Of a stretch of 64,000 bases of DNA, positions 55,122 through 64,000 are shown piece by piece; position 1 is the first letter of the stretch, and each line of letters opens with the position of its first letter. Source of the DNA: an uncultured Gammaproteobacteria bacterium (GTDB lineage Bacteria > Patescibacteriota > Patescibacteriia > Magasanikbacterales > UBA922); contig CAZFTR010000005.1 in assembly GCA_964522405.1 (NCBI GenBank), positions 7,747-71,746 on the forward strand, written 5' to 3'. The position numbers and the translations under genes are program-made. The notes below the pieces were generated by a model, which worked only from the letters and a program-made list of their open reading frames with translations, ran no database searches and had not been told where the DNA came from.

Positions 55122-55436
55122 TTATTGCCCCGCTCCAGATCCTCCAAAAATATCCGGCAAACCACCCATTTCCTTCATCTTCATAGCCATTACTCTTTGG
55201 ATTTTTTTGAGAGCATCTTTGTGAGCATCTTTTAGAGCTTCTATAAGTTTATTTTTCTTGTCTGGTGACATAAGCTCATCATCAATAGCAAGACCGGTAA
55301 GAGTCATGTTTCCATCCATAGTAAGAACTACCTTGTCTCCGGCTGCTTTTACAGTTACAGATTCTTCTGACAAAACATTTTGCATTTGTTTTGCCTGACC
55401 TCTCATGTCTTTGAATTGTTTTAATTTATTGAACAT
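55122..55436 (-). CDS. ybaB: nucleoid-associated protein YbaB/EbfC
   Basis: MFNKLKQFKDMRGQAKQMQ...VTVKAAGDKVVLTMDGNM. Confidence 0.8.
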   Translation of the reverse strand: MFNKLKQFKDMRGQAKQMQNVLSEESVTVKAAGDKVVLTMDGNMTLTGLAIDDELMSPDKKNKLIEALKDAHKDALKKIQRVMAMKMKEMGGLPDIFGGSGAGQ

Positions 55437-55472
55437 AGATTTGATTTAGATAAATAATAATTAAATTTTAGA

Positions 55473-56894
55473 TTAATTTGAAGCTCCGGGGTTTGGTGGT
55501 GGACCACTTGATTGTTCATCGTATTGAGTTTCAAGATCTTTGAAACTGGCTCTTGTAGCATCAAAAAATAATTTTGCTACGCCAGTTGGTCCGTTACGAT
55601 GTTTGGCAATGTGAATTTCTGCTATGTTTCTTTCATCAGGTGGTATGTCTTCAAGTCGATAATTTCTATCAGCTGCTTTTCTATAAATAAACATAACAAC
55701 ATCAGCATCTTGTTCAATACTACCAGATTCTCGCAAATGAGACAATTTCGGGATAGCTGGTTTGGTTTGTTCTACTGCACGAGATAACTGTGAAAGCGCC
55801 AGAACAGGAACGCCTAATTCACGAGCAATACCTTTTAAATTACGACTCATTTCAGCAACTTCTTGGACACGATTATCAGTTGCCCTGGTTCGATGTGATT
55901 CCATAAGTTGCATATAATCAATTACAATCAAACCTAGGCCATGTTCAGCTTGTAGCCTTCTTGCTTTGGTTCTGATTTGCATAACATTGTTTCCTGGAAA
56001 ATCATCAATAAAAATTTGCGCTTCTGACAATATGCCCATGGCATGCCCAATGCGCGGAAAATCCTGGCTATCTGGGCTGTCAGACAAGTTACCTGTTCTC
56101 ATTTTCCAAAGATCAACTCCTGCTTCTGCACAAAGTAGTCTATCAACCAGCTGTTCCTTGCTCATCTCCAGAGAGAAAAAACCAACTGGCACTTTGGAAC
56201 GAACTGCCACATTTCTAACTATATCAAGTGCAAAAGATGTTTTTCCTACAGAAGGACGGGCAGCAAGTATAATCAGGTCTGATTTTTGTAGTCCTGCCAG
56301 GAGATTATCCATTTTTTTGAATCCTGTTGGTATTCCGCGTAGTTTTCCTCGTTCCTTGTGTAATTCATCGATTCTTTCAAAGGCATCACTAAGCACTCCT
56401 CTAATTGGTGTAAAATTCTGTTTAAGATGTTTTTGAGTTACTCCGTATAAGTGTTTTTGCGCTTCGTCGAGAAGTTGATCTATATCATCTTCCTCTTCTT
56501 TGTATCCAAGTTGAGTAATTTCATGTGCTGATTTGAGTAGTTTTCTGAGAGTTGATTTTCTTCTAATTATTTCTGCGTAATGTTTGATATGAGAGGCAGT
56601 TGGAACACTGTTGGATAGTTTTACCAGGTATGCTCGTCCACCAATGGTTTCTAATACTTGTTTTTCCTCTAATCGATTTCCAAGAGTGAGTAGATCAATA
56701 GGTTCATTTTTGGCGTATAGCTCCTGCATTGTTTCAAATACTGCAGAATGACTCTTTTTGTAAAAATCATCTGACTCAATCACGTCAGCAATTTTTAACA
56801 TGGCATCTTTGTCTAGCAAAATAGAACCTAAGAGCGACATCTCTGCTTCCAGGTTTTGCGGAGGTATTTTTTCTATTTGAGTGATATCTGACAT
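55473..56894 (-). CDS. dnaB: replicative DNA helicase DnaB
   Basis: PQNLEAEMSLLGSIL N-terminus; Walker A ARPSVGKTSFAL; Walker B LIVIDYMQLM. Confidence 0.9.
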   Translation of the reverse strand: MSDITQIEKIPPQNLEAEMSLLGSILLDKDAMLKIADVIESDDFYKKSHSAVFETMQELYAKNEPIDLLTLGNRLEEKQVLETIGGRAYLVKLSNSVPTASHIKHYAEIIRRKSTLRKLLKSAHEITQLGYKEEEDDIDQLLDEAQKHLYGVTQKHLKQNFTPIRGVLSDAFERIDELHKERGKLRGIPTGFKKMDNLLAGLQKSDLIILAARPSVGKTSFALDIVRNVAVRSKVPVGFFSLEMSKEQLVDRLLCAEAGVDLWKMRTGNLSDSPDSQDFPRIGHAMGILSEAQIFIDDFPGNNVMQIRTKARRLQAEHGLGLIVIDYMQLMESHRTRATDNRVQEVAEMSRNLKGIARELGVPVLALSQLSRAVEQTKPAIPKLSHLRESGSIEQDADVVMFIYRKAADRNYRLEDIPPDERNIAEIHIAKHRNGPTGVAKLFFDATRASFKDLETQYDEQSSGPPPNPGASN

Positions 56895-56977
56895 AAGATC
56901 TTGTGGACTTATAGTATCCTATTTTGATTTTTGATACAAATGGCTTTTGTGAGCTAATTGTGGAGATATTGGGGATT

Positions 56978-57105
56978 AATTGTCTGTGATTTGTGTTATG
57001 AAGACAGCTTCGCCGTCCTCGCCTCTCTTGTTACTCTGCTTTCAGCAGTAGCAAGGGGGCTGCGGATTGTTTCATCTGTCTTCATAACACAAATCACAGA
57101 CAATT
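56978..57105 (-). ncRNA. Family C structured element, copy 3 (minus orientation), in a 30-bp perfect inverted repeat
   Basis: aattgtctgtgatttgtgttatgaagacag / ctgtcttcataacacaaatcacagacaatt; minus-strand core acaatccgcagcccccttgctactgctgaaagcagagtaacaagagaggcgaggacggcgaag. Confidence 0.5.
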
Positions 57106-57215
57106 GGTTATATTATACGGAGATTTGAAATAGCTGAGTAATTCGTTTATACTTGGCCTTGTTAACCATTGGCTATTCCTGAAAGTGGATGCCATGCGGG
57201 TATGAACTACCAATT

Positions 57216-58412
57216 ATGAAAATCTGCATAATCAGCAATATCTTTCCGCCCTACGATAGGGGAGGGGCAGAACAAGTGGTGGTCAAAACTGTAGAAGGTC
57301 TTAAAAAACAAGGCCATGATGTTGTAGTTATTACCGGTTCTCCCAAGAAAGAAGAGTTTTCAGATCAGGGAAATTTGAAAATCTACAGAATCAAACCAAG
57401 AAATATCTTTTTTTATACTGATGCTCATAAATATTCAATTTTTTTGAGATTTTTTTGGCATATTATAGATATTTTTAATTTTTCTGTTTCTGGGAGAGTC
57501 AAAGAAATTCTTTTAAAAGAAAAACCAGATGCAGTTCATACTCATAATCTTATGGGTTTGAGTTTTCTACTGCCAAAGATGATTAGGAAATTGGAAATTC
57601 GTCATATTCATACTGTTCACGATGTTCAGTTGGTTGAACCGAGTGGTATGATCCTCAAACAAAAAGAAAATTCTTGGAGATATAATGGCATGATGACCAG
57701 AATTTATTCGGCAATTATCAGAAATTTAATGGGCTCTCCTCAGGTTGTAATTTCTCCTTCACAGTTTTTGTTAAATTTTTATAAAAAAAGAAATTTTTTT
57801 AGCAATTCAGATTTTAAAATAATCAGAAACCCGGCAACTTTTGAGATCCAACAAACAGTTTCTTCTCAAAAAAGCGATTCAGCTGTTTTTAATTTTTTGT
57901 ATTTAGGACAAATTGAATATCATAAAGGAATTGAATTTTTAATTTCAGTTTACCTGGAGCTGATGCAGGAGTCAGATTATGATTCGGTTTTACATATTAT
58001 TGGCGGTGGTTCAGTTTTAGATAAAATTAAGAAAATCTCTTCCGGCTCTCTAAAAATTAAAATTTATGGTAGGAAAAATCGCAGTGAACTTCCGGATTTG
58101 TTTAGAAGAATGGATATGACAGTTGTACCTTCACTTTGTTATGAAAATTCTCCAACAGTTATTTTCGAAAGTTTTGCTTTTGGACTTCCGGTTTTAGCTA
58201 GTAATAGCGAAGGAATTTCTGAATTGATTGAGGAAGGAGAAAATGGTGTTACTTTTCAGCCTTGTGATCCAGACTCTCTTAAGAAAAAAATAAAATGGTG
58301 TATTGAAAATCAAGAAGAAATTAAAAAAATGAAACAAAAAACAAGCCGTTCACTTAGAGGCTTGTCTCAGGAAGAATATATTGAAAAGGTTTTGCTTTCT
58401 TATCAAGGTTAA
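57216..58412 (+). CDS. GT4-family glycosyltransferase (GT-B)
   Basis: MKICIISNIFPPYDRGGAEQVV N-terminus; C-terminal E...E sugar-donor motif SFAFGLPVLASNSEGISELIEEGENG. Confidence 0.7.
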   Translation: MKICIISNIFPPYDRGGAEQVVVKTVEGLKKQGHDVVVITGSPKKEEFSDQGNLKIYRIKPRNIFFYTDAHKYSIFLRFFWHIIDIFNFSVSGRVKEILLKEKPDAVHTHNLMGLSFLLPKMIRKLEIRHIHTVHDVQLVEPSGMILKQKENSWRYNGMMTRIYSAIIRNLMGSPQVVISPSQFLLNFYKKRNFFSNSDFKIIRNPATFEIQQTVSSQKSDSAVFNFLYLGQIEYHKGIEFLISVYLELMQESDYDSVLHIIGGGSVLDKIKKISSGSLKIKIYGRKNRSELPDLFRRMDMTVVPSLCYENSPTVIFESFAFGLPVLASNSEGISELIEEGENGVTFQPCDPDSLKKKIKWCIENQEEIKKMKQKTSRSLRGLSQEEYIEKVLLSYQG

Positions 58413-60530
58413 TTATTTGGTATAAGTGAAGATATAAATTTTCCCATTGTCAATTATCTCAATTTTTTCAGCTGTTTGTTTTGCTCCTGCAACAATCCGA
58501 TCAGATCCAGCCCAAAATTCACTAACTACAAAATAAGCTTTGTCTACTCCCATGATTTCCATAGCTTCGAGCATGGTTTCTTTTTTTTGTCCTTGATAAA
58601 GCATTTTCTGGTAAAGTTTATACATAACACCTCCGGTTGGTATTGAATAGTAGGAAAGAGGTCCATGGTCTGTTTCAAAATATTTGGGAAAGCCATAATT
58701 AGTCATGGCAGCAACTGAGGTAAGAGGATTGGCCAGTACAATATAGTCATATTGTTGATTTTGATTTTGAATCCACTCAGCAGCATGGAAATCACTTATG
58801 CTTACATTGTATCCGGGAAAATGTACTTTGGGATTTTCTTGAGGATAGGCAAGATAAAAAGAAATAGTTAGAGCGCCTGCAAGGCCTAAAACTAGAATGG
58901 TTTTAATAGAATATTGAATTATTGTTTTATATTTATTTGAGAAACTTACCAGCTGATCGGTTATTTTGTATAGCGCAAACATAGCCCAGGGTAAAACAAA
59001 CATCAGGCTTGATTTGAGTAAACGCATTGGGTAATCTCCTTGTTCAGTAGTAGCCACATCCGGGAAAACAATCCAACTTCTCAGAAAGAAAGCACCGGAA
59101 CAAAGAGCTAGAGCAGTAATTATAAATAAGTTATGTTTTTTATTTTTTTGTCTTAGTAAGAAGAAACCGGCAATAGACAAAATAATAACTAAAATTGGAA
59201 TTAGGCGCTGCCATTGATAAATCGTCTCAAAAATTAGTGATGAGGTTGGAAAATACCAGCGTGGCCTTTTGAAAAGTTCGAAAAAAGTCCAAATTTTATC
59301 CAATGGATTAGATAGGTAGGGGAGATCACCGCCACTGATCAATATATAAATAGTAAATAATATTGAAAAAAGAAAACTTATCGCAAAAAAATATAAAATA
59401 TACCAAGCCATTCTACTCTTTGTCTTTTTAGTATTTTTGATTAGAAGAGCCATAATCACAAAGGCACTAATTGGTGCACCAAGCAAAATATGGGTACAGA
59501 GTCCGGCAATAGAAAGTATGAGTGGGATTGAAAATGGAATTTTCTCGTAAATATATCCTAGGGTGGTGAAAATAGTTAGTAATGAGAGTAAAATGACAAG
59601 GTTGTAAGGTGTTGTCAAATGCAAAGACATGAAGTAAATAAATGGCAAAGTCCAGATTAAGTTTATAGAATACTTGCGTGGAATATCCCAGACTTTCTCC
59701 AGAATGGTTGAAAAAAATAAAGGAATACTCAGTGAGGCCAGTATTGGCACCAGAAAACTATCTACATAAAAAATCGACCAGCCAGTTATATTGGAAATCC
59801 AAGTAACCAGATTGTATTGCCCAACATATACTGCTTGCTTGGGTGATATAAATCCATTTGCCTGTATATATACTTCTGTGGCTCGGTGAATAAAGCCATC
59901 AAATCCAAAACCAAGCGGAAAGAAAAGTACTGTTACACTATAAGTTGTAAACAGATGCAAAGAAGCCGCGATCAGGGATGTAATTCTATTTTTGGATACA
60001 AAACAAAAAACTATAACCAGTGAAGTTGCCACTAGATAGGCTATGAAAAACCAATGGTTAAATGATAACCATGGAGAATTAGTTACCTCTAGTGTGGAAT
60101 TATTTAAAATAGTTTTGATAATCCCAACTTCAAAGAGAAGTATGGTGATTCCGAGGAAGGTGGTTAATAGATTTTCCTTTTTAAATTTTATCAGTTTAAT
60201 TTCGATTTTTTTTACTGGAAAAAGCAATAAAAGAGGTAAAAAAAGTATTAGAAAGGAAACAAAAGTATTGATTTGGAATAGATAGTAAATTAGTGTTCCG
60301 ATAATACTAAATAAAAAGATTGATAAAATCATTGACCAGACAATGGATAAGAGATATTTCTTGAAAAAAACATGGTTTAGTAAAATTCCAGTTATGCCGA
60401 TATACGCCAAAAAGAATATCAGGCCTAGATATTTGTTTTGGAGAAAGAAAAGATTAAGAGATAAAATCCCGATTATTATCAGGAAAATAGCCAGAAGTTT
60501 CTTTTTCTTTAACAGAAAGCTTTGAAGCAT
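58413..60530 (-). CDS. large polytopic membrane protein (about 16 TM), possible GT-C-type glycosyltransferase
   Basis: 705 aa, almost entirely hydrophobic helices with a C-terminal soluble domain. Confidence 0.4.
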   Translation of the reverse strand: MLQSFLLKKKKLLAIFLIIIGILSLNLFFLQNKYLGLIFFLAYIGITGILLNHVFFKKYLLSIVWSMILSIFLFSIIGTLIYYLFQINTFVSFLILFLPLLLLFPVKKIEIKLIKFKKENLLTTFLGITILLFEVGIIKTILNNSTLEVTNSPWLSFNHWFFIAYLVATSLVIVFCFVSKNRITSLIAASLHLFTTYSVTVLFFPLGFGFDGFIHRATEVYIQANGFISPKQAVYVGQYNLVTWISNITGWSIFYVDSFLVPILASLSIPLFFSTILEKVWDIPRKYSINLIWTLPFIYFMSLHLTTPYNLVILLSLLTIFTTLGYIYEKIPFSIPLILSIAGLCTHILLGAPISAFVIMALLIKNTKKTKSRMAWYILYFFAISFLFSILFTIYILISGGDLPYLSNPLDKIWTFFELFKRPRWYFPTSSLIFETIYQWQRLIPILVIILSIAGFFLLRQKNKKHNLFIITALALCSGAFFLRSWIVFPDVATTEQGDYPMRLLKSSLMFVLPWAMFALYKITDQLVSFSNKYKTIIQYSIKTILVLGLAGALTISFYLAYPQENPKVHFPGYNVSISDFHAAEWIQNQNQQYDYIVLANPLTSVAAMTNYGFPKYFETDHGPLSYYSIPTGGVMYKLYQKMLYQGQKKETMLEAMEIMGVDKAYFVVSEFWAGSDRIVAGAKQTAEKIEIIDNGKIYIFTYTK

Positions 60531-60600
60531 ATTGGAATTTGATATATACTACATCTGTATTTCAAGATACAGTATTTTAATTGTAACCCATCAACTCCCT

Positions 60601-61218
60601 ATGTTCAATAGTCTAAAAACAAATCACCAGGATCTCTTTGTCTATTTAAAGGCTGATAAAGTCCATCGTCATGATATTTTTCTAGATAAGGTCTTGCTGC
60701 GTTTTTTGCCAAAATCTGTAACTCCAAATCAATTGACTGCATTTAGAATAATAATGACCCCCTTTGTTTTTTTTATTGTGTTGAATGAATACTTTGTCCC
60801 GGGTTTTATTTTATTCCTTTTAGTAGCTTTTACTGATGCTATGGATGGTTCCATGGCCAGAACTCAGAACAAGATAACTCGTTTTGGTATGCTCTTTGAT
60901 CCACTGGCTGATAAATTATTGGTTGGTTCAATGGTTTTACTTTTGGTTTTTGGTTATTATCATTATCTATTGGGGGCTACCATAATTGGAATGGAAGTTT
61001 TTGTGGTAGGTTTTGTTCTTTTTGAAAGAAAAGGAATTAAAATTGTGCGTAAGGCTAATATCTGGGGTAAGATGAAAATGATATTTCAGGTTATTGCCAT
61101 GTCTCTGACCATGATCGCTCTTATTGTTCAACTGCCGATTTTATTTTCAATAGCTTTTTGGTTTTTTATTTTCGCTGTTATTTTTGCTTTTATAAGTATA
61201 TTTGGGCATGGCATATAG
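60601..61218 (+). CDS. CDP-alcohol phosphatidyltransferase family protein
   Basis: DAMDGSMARTQNKITRFGMLFDPLADK = D-G-x2-A-R-x8-G-x3-D-x3-D motif. Confidence 0.65.
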   Translation: MFNSLKTNHQDLFVYLKADKVHRHDIFLDKVLLRFLPKSVTPNQLTAFRIIMTPFVFFIVLNEYFVPGFILFLLVAFTDAMDGSMARTQNKITRFGMLFDPLADKLLVGSMVLLLVFGYYHYLLGATIIGMEVFVVGFVLFERKGIKIVRKANIWGKMKMIFQVIAMSLTMIALIVQLPILFSIAFWFFIFAVIFAFISIFGHGI

Positions 61219-61223
61219 TTGTT

Positions 61224-62819
61224 ATGAGGCAATTTTTTAAAAAAAACTTATTTTCCATAAGCTTGTTGCTTTCAATATTTTTTTTTCTATCATATAGTTT
61301 TTTAAATATAACTTCTCCGGATTTATATAATTCTCCGGATGAAAATGCTAACTTTGTTTTTATTAGTCAATTTGCTGATTTGGGGATTTTGCATTTTGAT
61401 CATCCTGATAATTATGGAAAGTTGGCAGAGTTTATTCATCCGAGAAGCGCTTTTTCTGATTTTGGAGATTATATTTTGCCGGTTGGTTTTTGGGGTTTGG
61501 CTGTATTGTATGGTTTTTTAGCAAAATTGGTTGGAGTGGGTAGTATTGCTTTTGTAACACCTTTTCTCTCTGTCTTGGCCGGTTGGGCACTTTTTGCCAT
61601 CTGGAAAAAAATATTTACTCCCAAAATTGCAGGCTGGGCAACATTTCTTTATTTTATCCATCCGGTTGTCTGGTATTATTCTGCGAGAGGTCTTCTGCCC
61701 AATATCCCACTGGTCAGTTTTTTGATATTGGCAGTATTTTTTATATTTGTTCAGCCTTTTAAGTCTTTTTTTGATAATAGAAAACTCAATTGGATTGATG
61801 ATTTGCTGGGCAGTTCTATGCTTTGCTTTGCTTTGCTGATTCGTCCCAATGAAATTTTATGGATTGGATTAGCAGGATTGATTTTATTTTTTTCTTATCT
61901 AAGAAAAATCAGTTTTTTGAGAATTGTGGTTTGGTTAATCCCGGTAATACTATCAATGGTTTTGTATTTTTATATAAATAATTCAATTTTTGGAAGTGTG
62001 GCTGGAAGTTATGTGGTTTCAAGATCATTGGAAGTGAAATCATGGCTTGGCTTTATTTTTCCATTTGGAATCAATATAAAAAATATTTTGCTTTCTGGAT
62101 ATGTTTATTTTGCCAAGATGTATTGGTATCTGGTTTTGCCGGCTTTATTAGGAGTAGTATTTTATTTCAAAGAGTATATTTTATCCAAGAAGCCCATTTC
62201 AAAGGATCAGAAAAATTATTTATGGATTTTTATATTAGTTTCTCTGTTTTTGTTTATATATTATGGTAGTTTAAGAGTTGTTTCATTTTCACTTGAGACA
62301 ATTGGGATAGCATATTCAAGATATTGGGTTCCTATACATATCATGTCTTTACCTTTTGTTGTTTTAGGAGCTATTAAGATGCTAAGTTATAGTTTTTTAG
62401 AAAAGTATAAAAAATACTTGGTGGCGGTTTTAGTGGTTTTGGTTAGTTTTTTTAACTTCAGAGCAGTTTTTCTGGGGGTTGATGGATTGCTTGCTATGCA
62501 AGATAATCTTAACTACTTAGAAGAGGTCAGAACCGATGTATTGGCGAATACTGATCCAAGTGCTATAATCGTGACAGATAGGGAAGATAAGTTTTTTTGG
62601 CCTCATAGGCAGGTAATTGTTAAGTTTTATAATCCTAGAGTGGGGCAGGCAATTTCTGATTTCGTACAACAAGGTTGGCCAATTTATTATTTTTCTCCTA
62701 CTCTTGAAAAACAAAAATTAGAGGAAACACTTGATTATTTAGTCAAATTTGATATAACTATTAGTGAATTTATTAAGTTTGGAGATCATTCTCTGGGTAA
62801 ATTTATTAAATTAAGATAG
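61224..62819 (+). CDS. large polytopic membrane protein, possible GT-C-type glycosyltransferase (start uncertain; ORF opens at 61158)
   Basis: About 530 aa, 12 or more TM helices with a C-terminal soluble domain. Confidence 0.4.
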   Translation: MRQFFKKNLFSISLLLSIFFFLSYSFLNITSPDLYNSPDENANFVFISQFADLGILHFDHPDNYGKLAEFIHPRSAFSDFGDYILPVGFWGLAVLYGFLAKLVGVGSIAFVTPFLSVLAGWALFAIWKKIFTPKIAGWATFLYFIHPVVWYYSARGLLPNIPLVSFLILAVFFIFVQPFKSFFDNRKLNWIDDLLGSSMLCFALLIRPNEILWIGLAGLILFFSYLRKISFLRIVVWLIPVILSMVLYFYINNSIFGSVAGSYVVSRSLEVKSWLGFIFPFGINIKNILLSGYVYFAKMYWYLVLPALLGVVFYFKEYILSKKPISKDQKNYLWIFILVSLFLFIYYGSLRVVSFSLETIGIAYSRYWVPIHIMSLPFVVLGAIKMLSYSFLEKYKKYLVAVLVVLVSFFNFRAVFLGVDGLLAMQDNLNYLEEVRTDVLANTDPSAIIVTDREDKFFWPHRQVIVKFYNPRVGQAISDFVQQGWPIYYFSPTLEKQKLEETLDYLVKFDITISEFIKFGDHSLGKFIKLR

Positions 62820-62823
62820 ATAT

Positions 62824-63228
62824 ATGGCAGAAACGATTTTTACCAAAATTATAAACAAGGAAATTCCCGCACATATTATTTATGAAGATGATCATAATTT
62901 GGCATTTTTGGACATTACTCCTCATGCTCAAGGTCATACTTTGGTTGTGCCAAAGACAGAAGCAGAAACTATTGTGGATTTAGATGAAGATCAAATTGCA
63001 AGCCTATTTAGCGCTGTTAAAAATACAGCCAAAAAAATACAAGATATATTAAAACCAGATGGATTTAATATTGGAATAAATCATGGAGAATTTGCAGGAC
63101 AAACAATTCCGCATTTGCATGTACATATAATGCCAAGATTTGAGGGTGATTCAGGAGGGAGTATGCATTCAGTGGTAAGCAATCCAGGCGATAAGTCAGT
63201 TGAGGAAATTGCAGAAATGTTCAAATAA
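62824..63228 (+). CDS. HIT-family (histidine triad) nucleotide hydrolase
   Basis: GHTLVVPK...HLHVHIMPR histidine triad. Confidence 0.85.
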   Translation: MAETIFTKIINKEIPAHIIYEDDHNLAFLDITPHAQGHTLVVPKTEAETIVDLDEDQIASLFSAVKNTAKKIQDILKPDGFNIGINHGEFAGQTIPHLHVHIMPRFEGDSGGSMHSVVSNPGDKSVEEIAEMFK

Positions 63229-63230
63229 AT

Positions 63231-63770
63231 ATGCCCAAAAGACTTAAGAAAATCTCAGAAGAACTGATGCATGAAAATCCATATTGGAAATACATGCATG
63301 ATAAGTATCAACTTCCAAATGGAGAAGAAGCTGATTATTGGTATGGTGTTAGTCGGGGAACTGCTATGGTGGTTGCCAAATCTCCGGATGATAAGATAAT
63401 CATGGTTCGACAGTACAGGTATTTACATGATAAACAATGTTTACAATTTCCAGCAGGTGGAATTTTGCCAGAGCTTGACGCGCTTCAAACAGCACAAAAA
63501 GAATTAGCGCAGGAAACCGGTTGGGTTGCTGAAAATTTTATTAAGGTTGGTTCATTTCAACCTTCACCGGGATTATTAAATGAAGACATTCATGTGTATT
63601 TGGCCGAAGCCACAGTCCAGCAAGAACAGCAATTAGAAAGTACTGAAGATATCGAAGTGATTGAGAGAAGAGCAGATGAAATAGAAAGCATGATTAGAAA
63701 TGGAGAAATATGGTGTGGTCAAACTATAGGATCATGGGCTCTTGTAAGACATTATTTTTTAGATGAATAA
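63231..63770 (+). CDS. NUDIX hydrolase (ADP-ribose pyrophosphatase-like)
   Basis: Nudix box FPAGGILPELDALQTAQKELAQETGW. Confidence 0.6.
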   Translation: MPKRLKKISEELMHENPYWKYMHDKYQLPNGEEADYWYGVSRGTAMVVAKSPDDKIIMVRQYRYLHDKQCLQFPAGGILPELDALQTAQKELAQETGWVAENFIKVGSFQPSPGLLNEDIHVYLAEATVQQEQQLESTEDIEVIERRADEIESMIRNGEIWCGQTIGSWALVRHYFLDE

Positions 63771-63772
63771 TA

Positions 63773-64000
63773 TGGAAAATAATACTCCGAAATATAATTC
63801 TTTTGTTCAGACTTTTAAATTTCGTGATGATATTAGTAAGAGCGGAAGAGTTTTGTCGCAAGTAAAGATCGGGAGCGTTTATATGTCTAGACTTAGAATA
63901 CAGCCCGGTGTAACCACAGGAAATTATTATCACAAAGAAAATAGGGTAATGTTCTATGTTGAAAAAGGTGAGGTCTTGTCAGCTTGTGAGCATGTGGAAA
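63773..64000 (+). CDS. hypothetical protein, 3' partial (cupin-like beta strands?)
   Basis: ORF runs off the window end. Confidence 0.3.

Noticed and set aside
1-64000. CRISPR arrays, transposases, integrases, restriction-modification or other defense operons
   Set aside because: No regularly spaced direct repeats, no Cas/transposase/integrase-like ORFs and no methyltransferase-endonuclease pairs were found. The only mobile-like features are the protein-less inverted-repeat families.

Overview
This window reads as an AT-rich bacterial chromosome segment (roughly mid-30s % GC by eye) using the standard genetic code. The gene content suggests a Patescibacteria/CPR-like organism: many small membrane and lipoprotein ORFs of unknown function, glycosyltransferases, and compact housekeeping genes. 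The features are all read directly from the sequence without search tools, so product names rest on recognisable motifs and should be confirmed by profile search.

Recognisable genes and operons:
- A heat-shock cluster: CIRCE operator, hrcA, a NUDIX-GrpE fusion, hsp20, dnaK, an HD-domain (p)ppGpp-hydrolase-like gene, and dnaJ.
- DNA repair and replication genes: uvrB, uvrA, uvrC, recJ, recR, ybaB, dnaB, rnhA.
- The start of a cell-division cluster (mraZ, rsmH, an ftsL-like gene), followed by a membrane-anchored ClpB-like AAA+ protein and a GT4 MraY/WecA-family gene.
- Other housekeeping genes: metK, uppP, cca, lepA, murJ, corA, yidC, rplU, a HIT protein and three Nudix hydrolases.
- rpmG (L33) and a tRNA-Trp are present but missing from the ORF track.

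Features that the coding track does not explain:
1. Several short, sharply GC-rich islands (about 55-65% GC) sit in the AT-rich backbone. They hold a second, divergent tRNA-Trp(CCA), a standalone receiver-domain gene with its own promoter, very small GC-rich ORFs, and roughly 600 nt of highly structured sequence with no ORF.
2. A three-copy structured element has a conserved GC-rich core enclosed by long inverted repeats. The repeats differ between copies while the palindrome is preserved, which points to an RNA. Each copy lies 5' of a gene on the same strand.
3. A 40-bp perfect inverted repeat appears at four loci. Two copies flank a single small ORF (28147-28726), forming a MITE-like cassette.
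4. A second MITE-like family has GTCATCCCGAG termini and an internal AGGGATCCCT palindrome (three copies).
5. Arrays of tandem heptamers (GTTNACA on one strand, TGTNAAC on the other, often inverted around a spacer) lie immediately upstream of grpE, dnaK, dnaJ, the HD gene, recJ and several other genes. They look like a regulon-type operator or promoter architecture.

No CRISPR array, rRNA gene, transposase or recognisable defense operon was seen.
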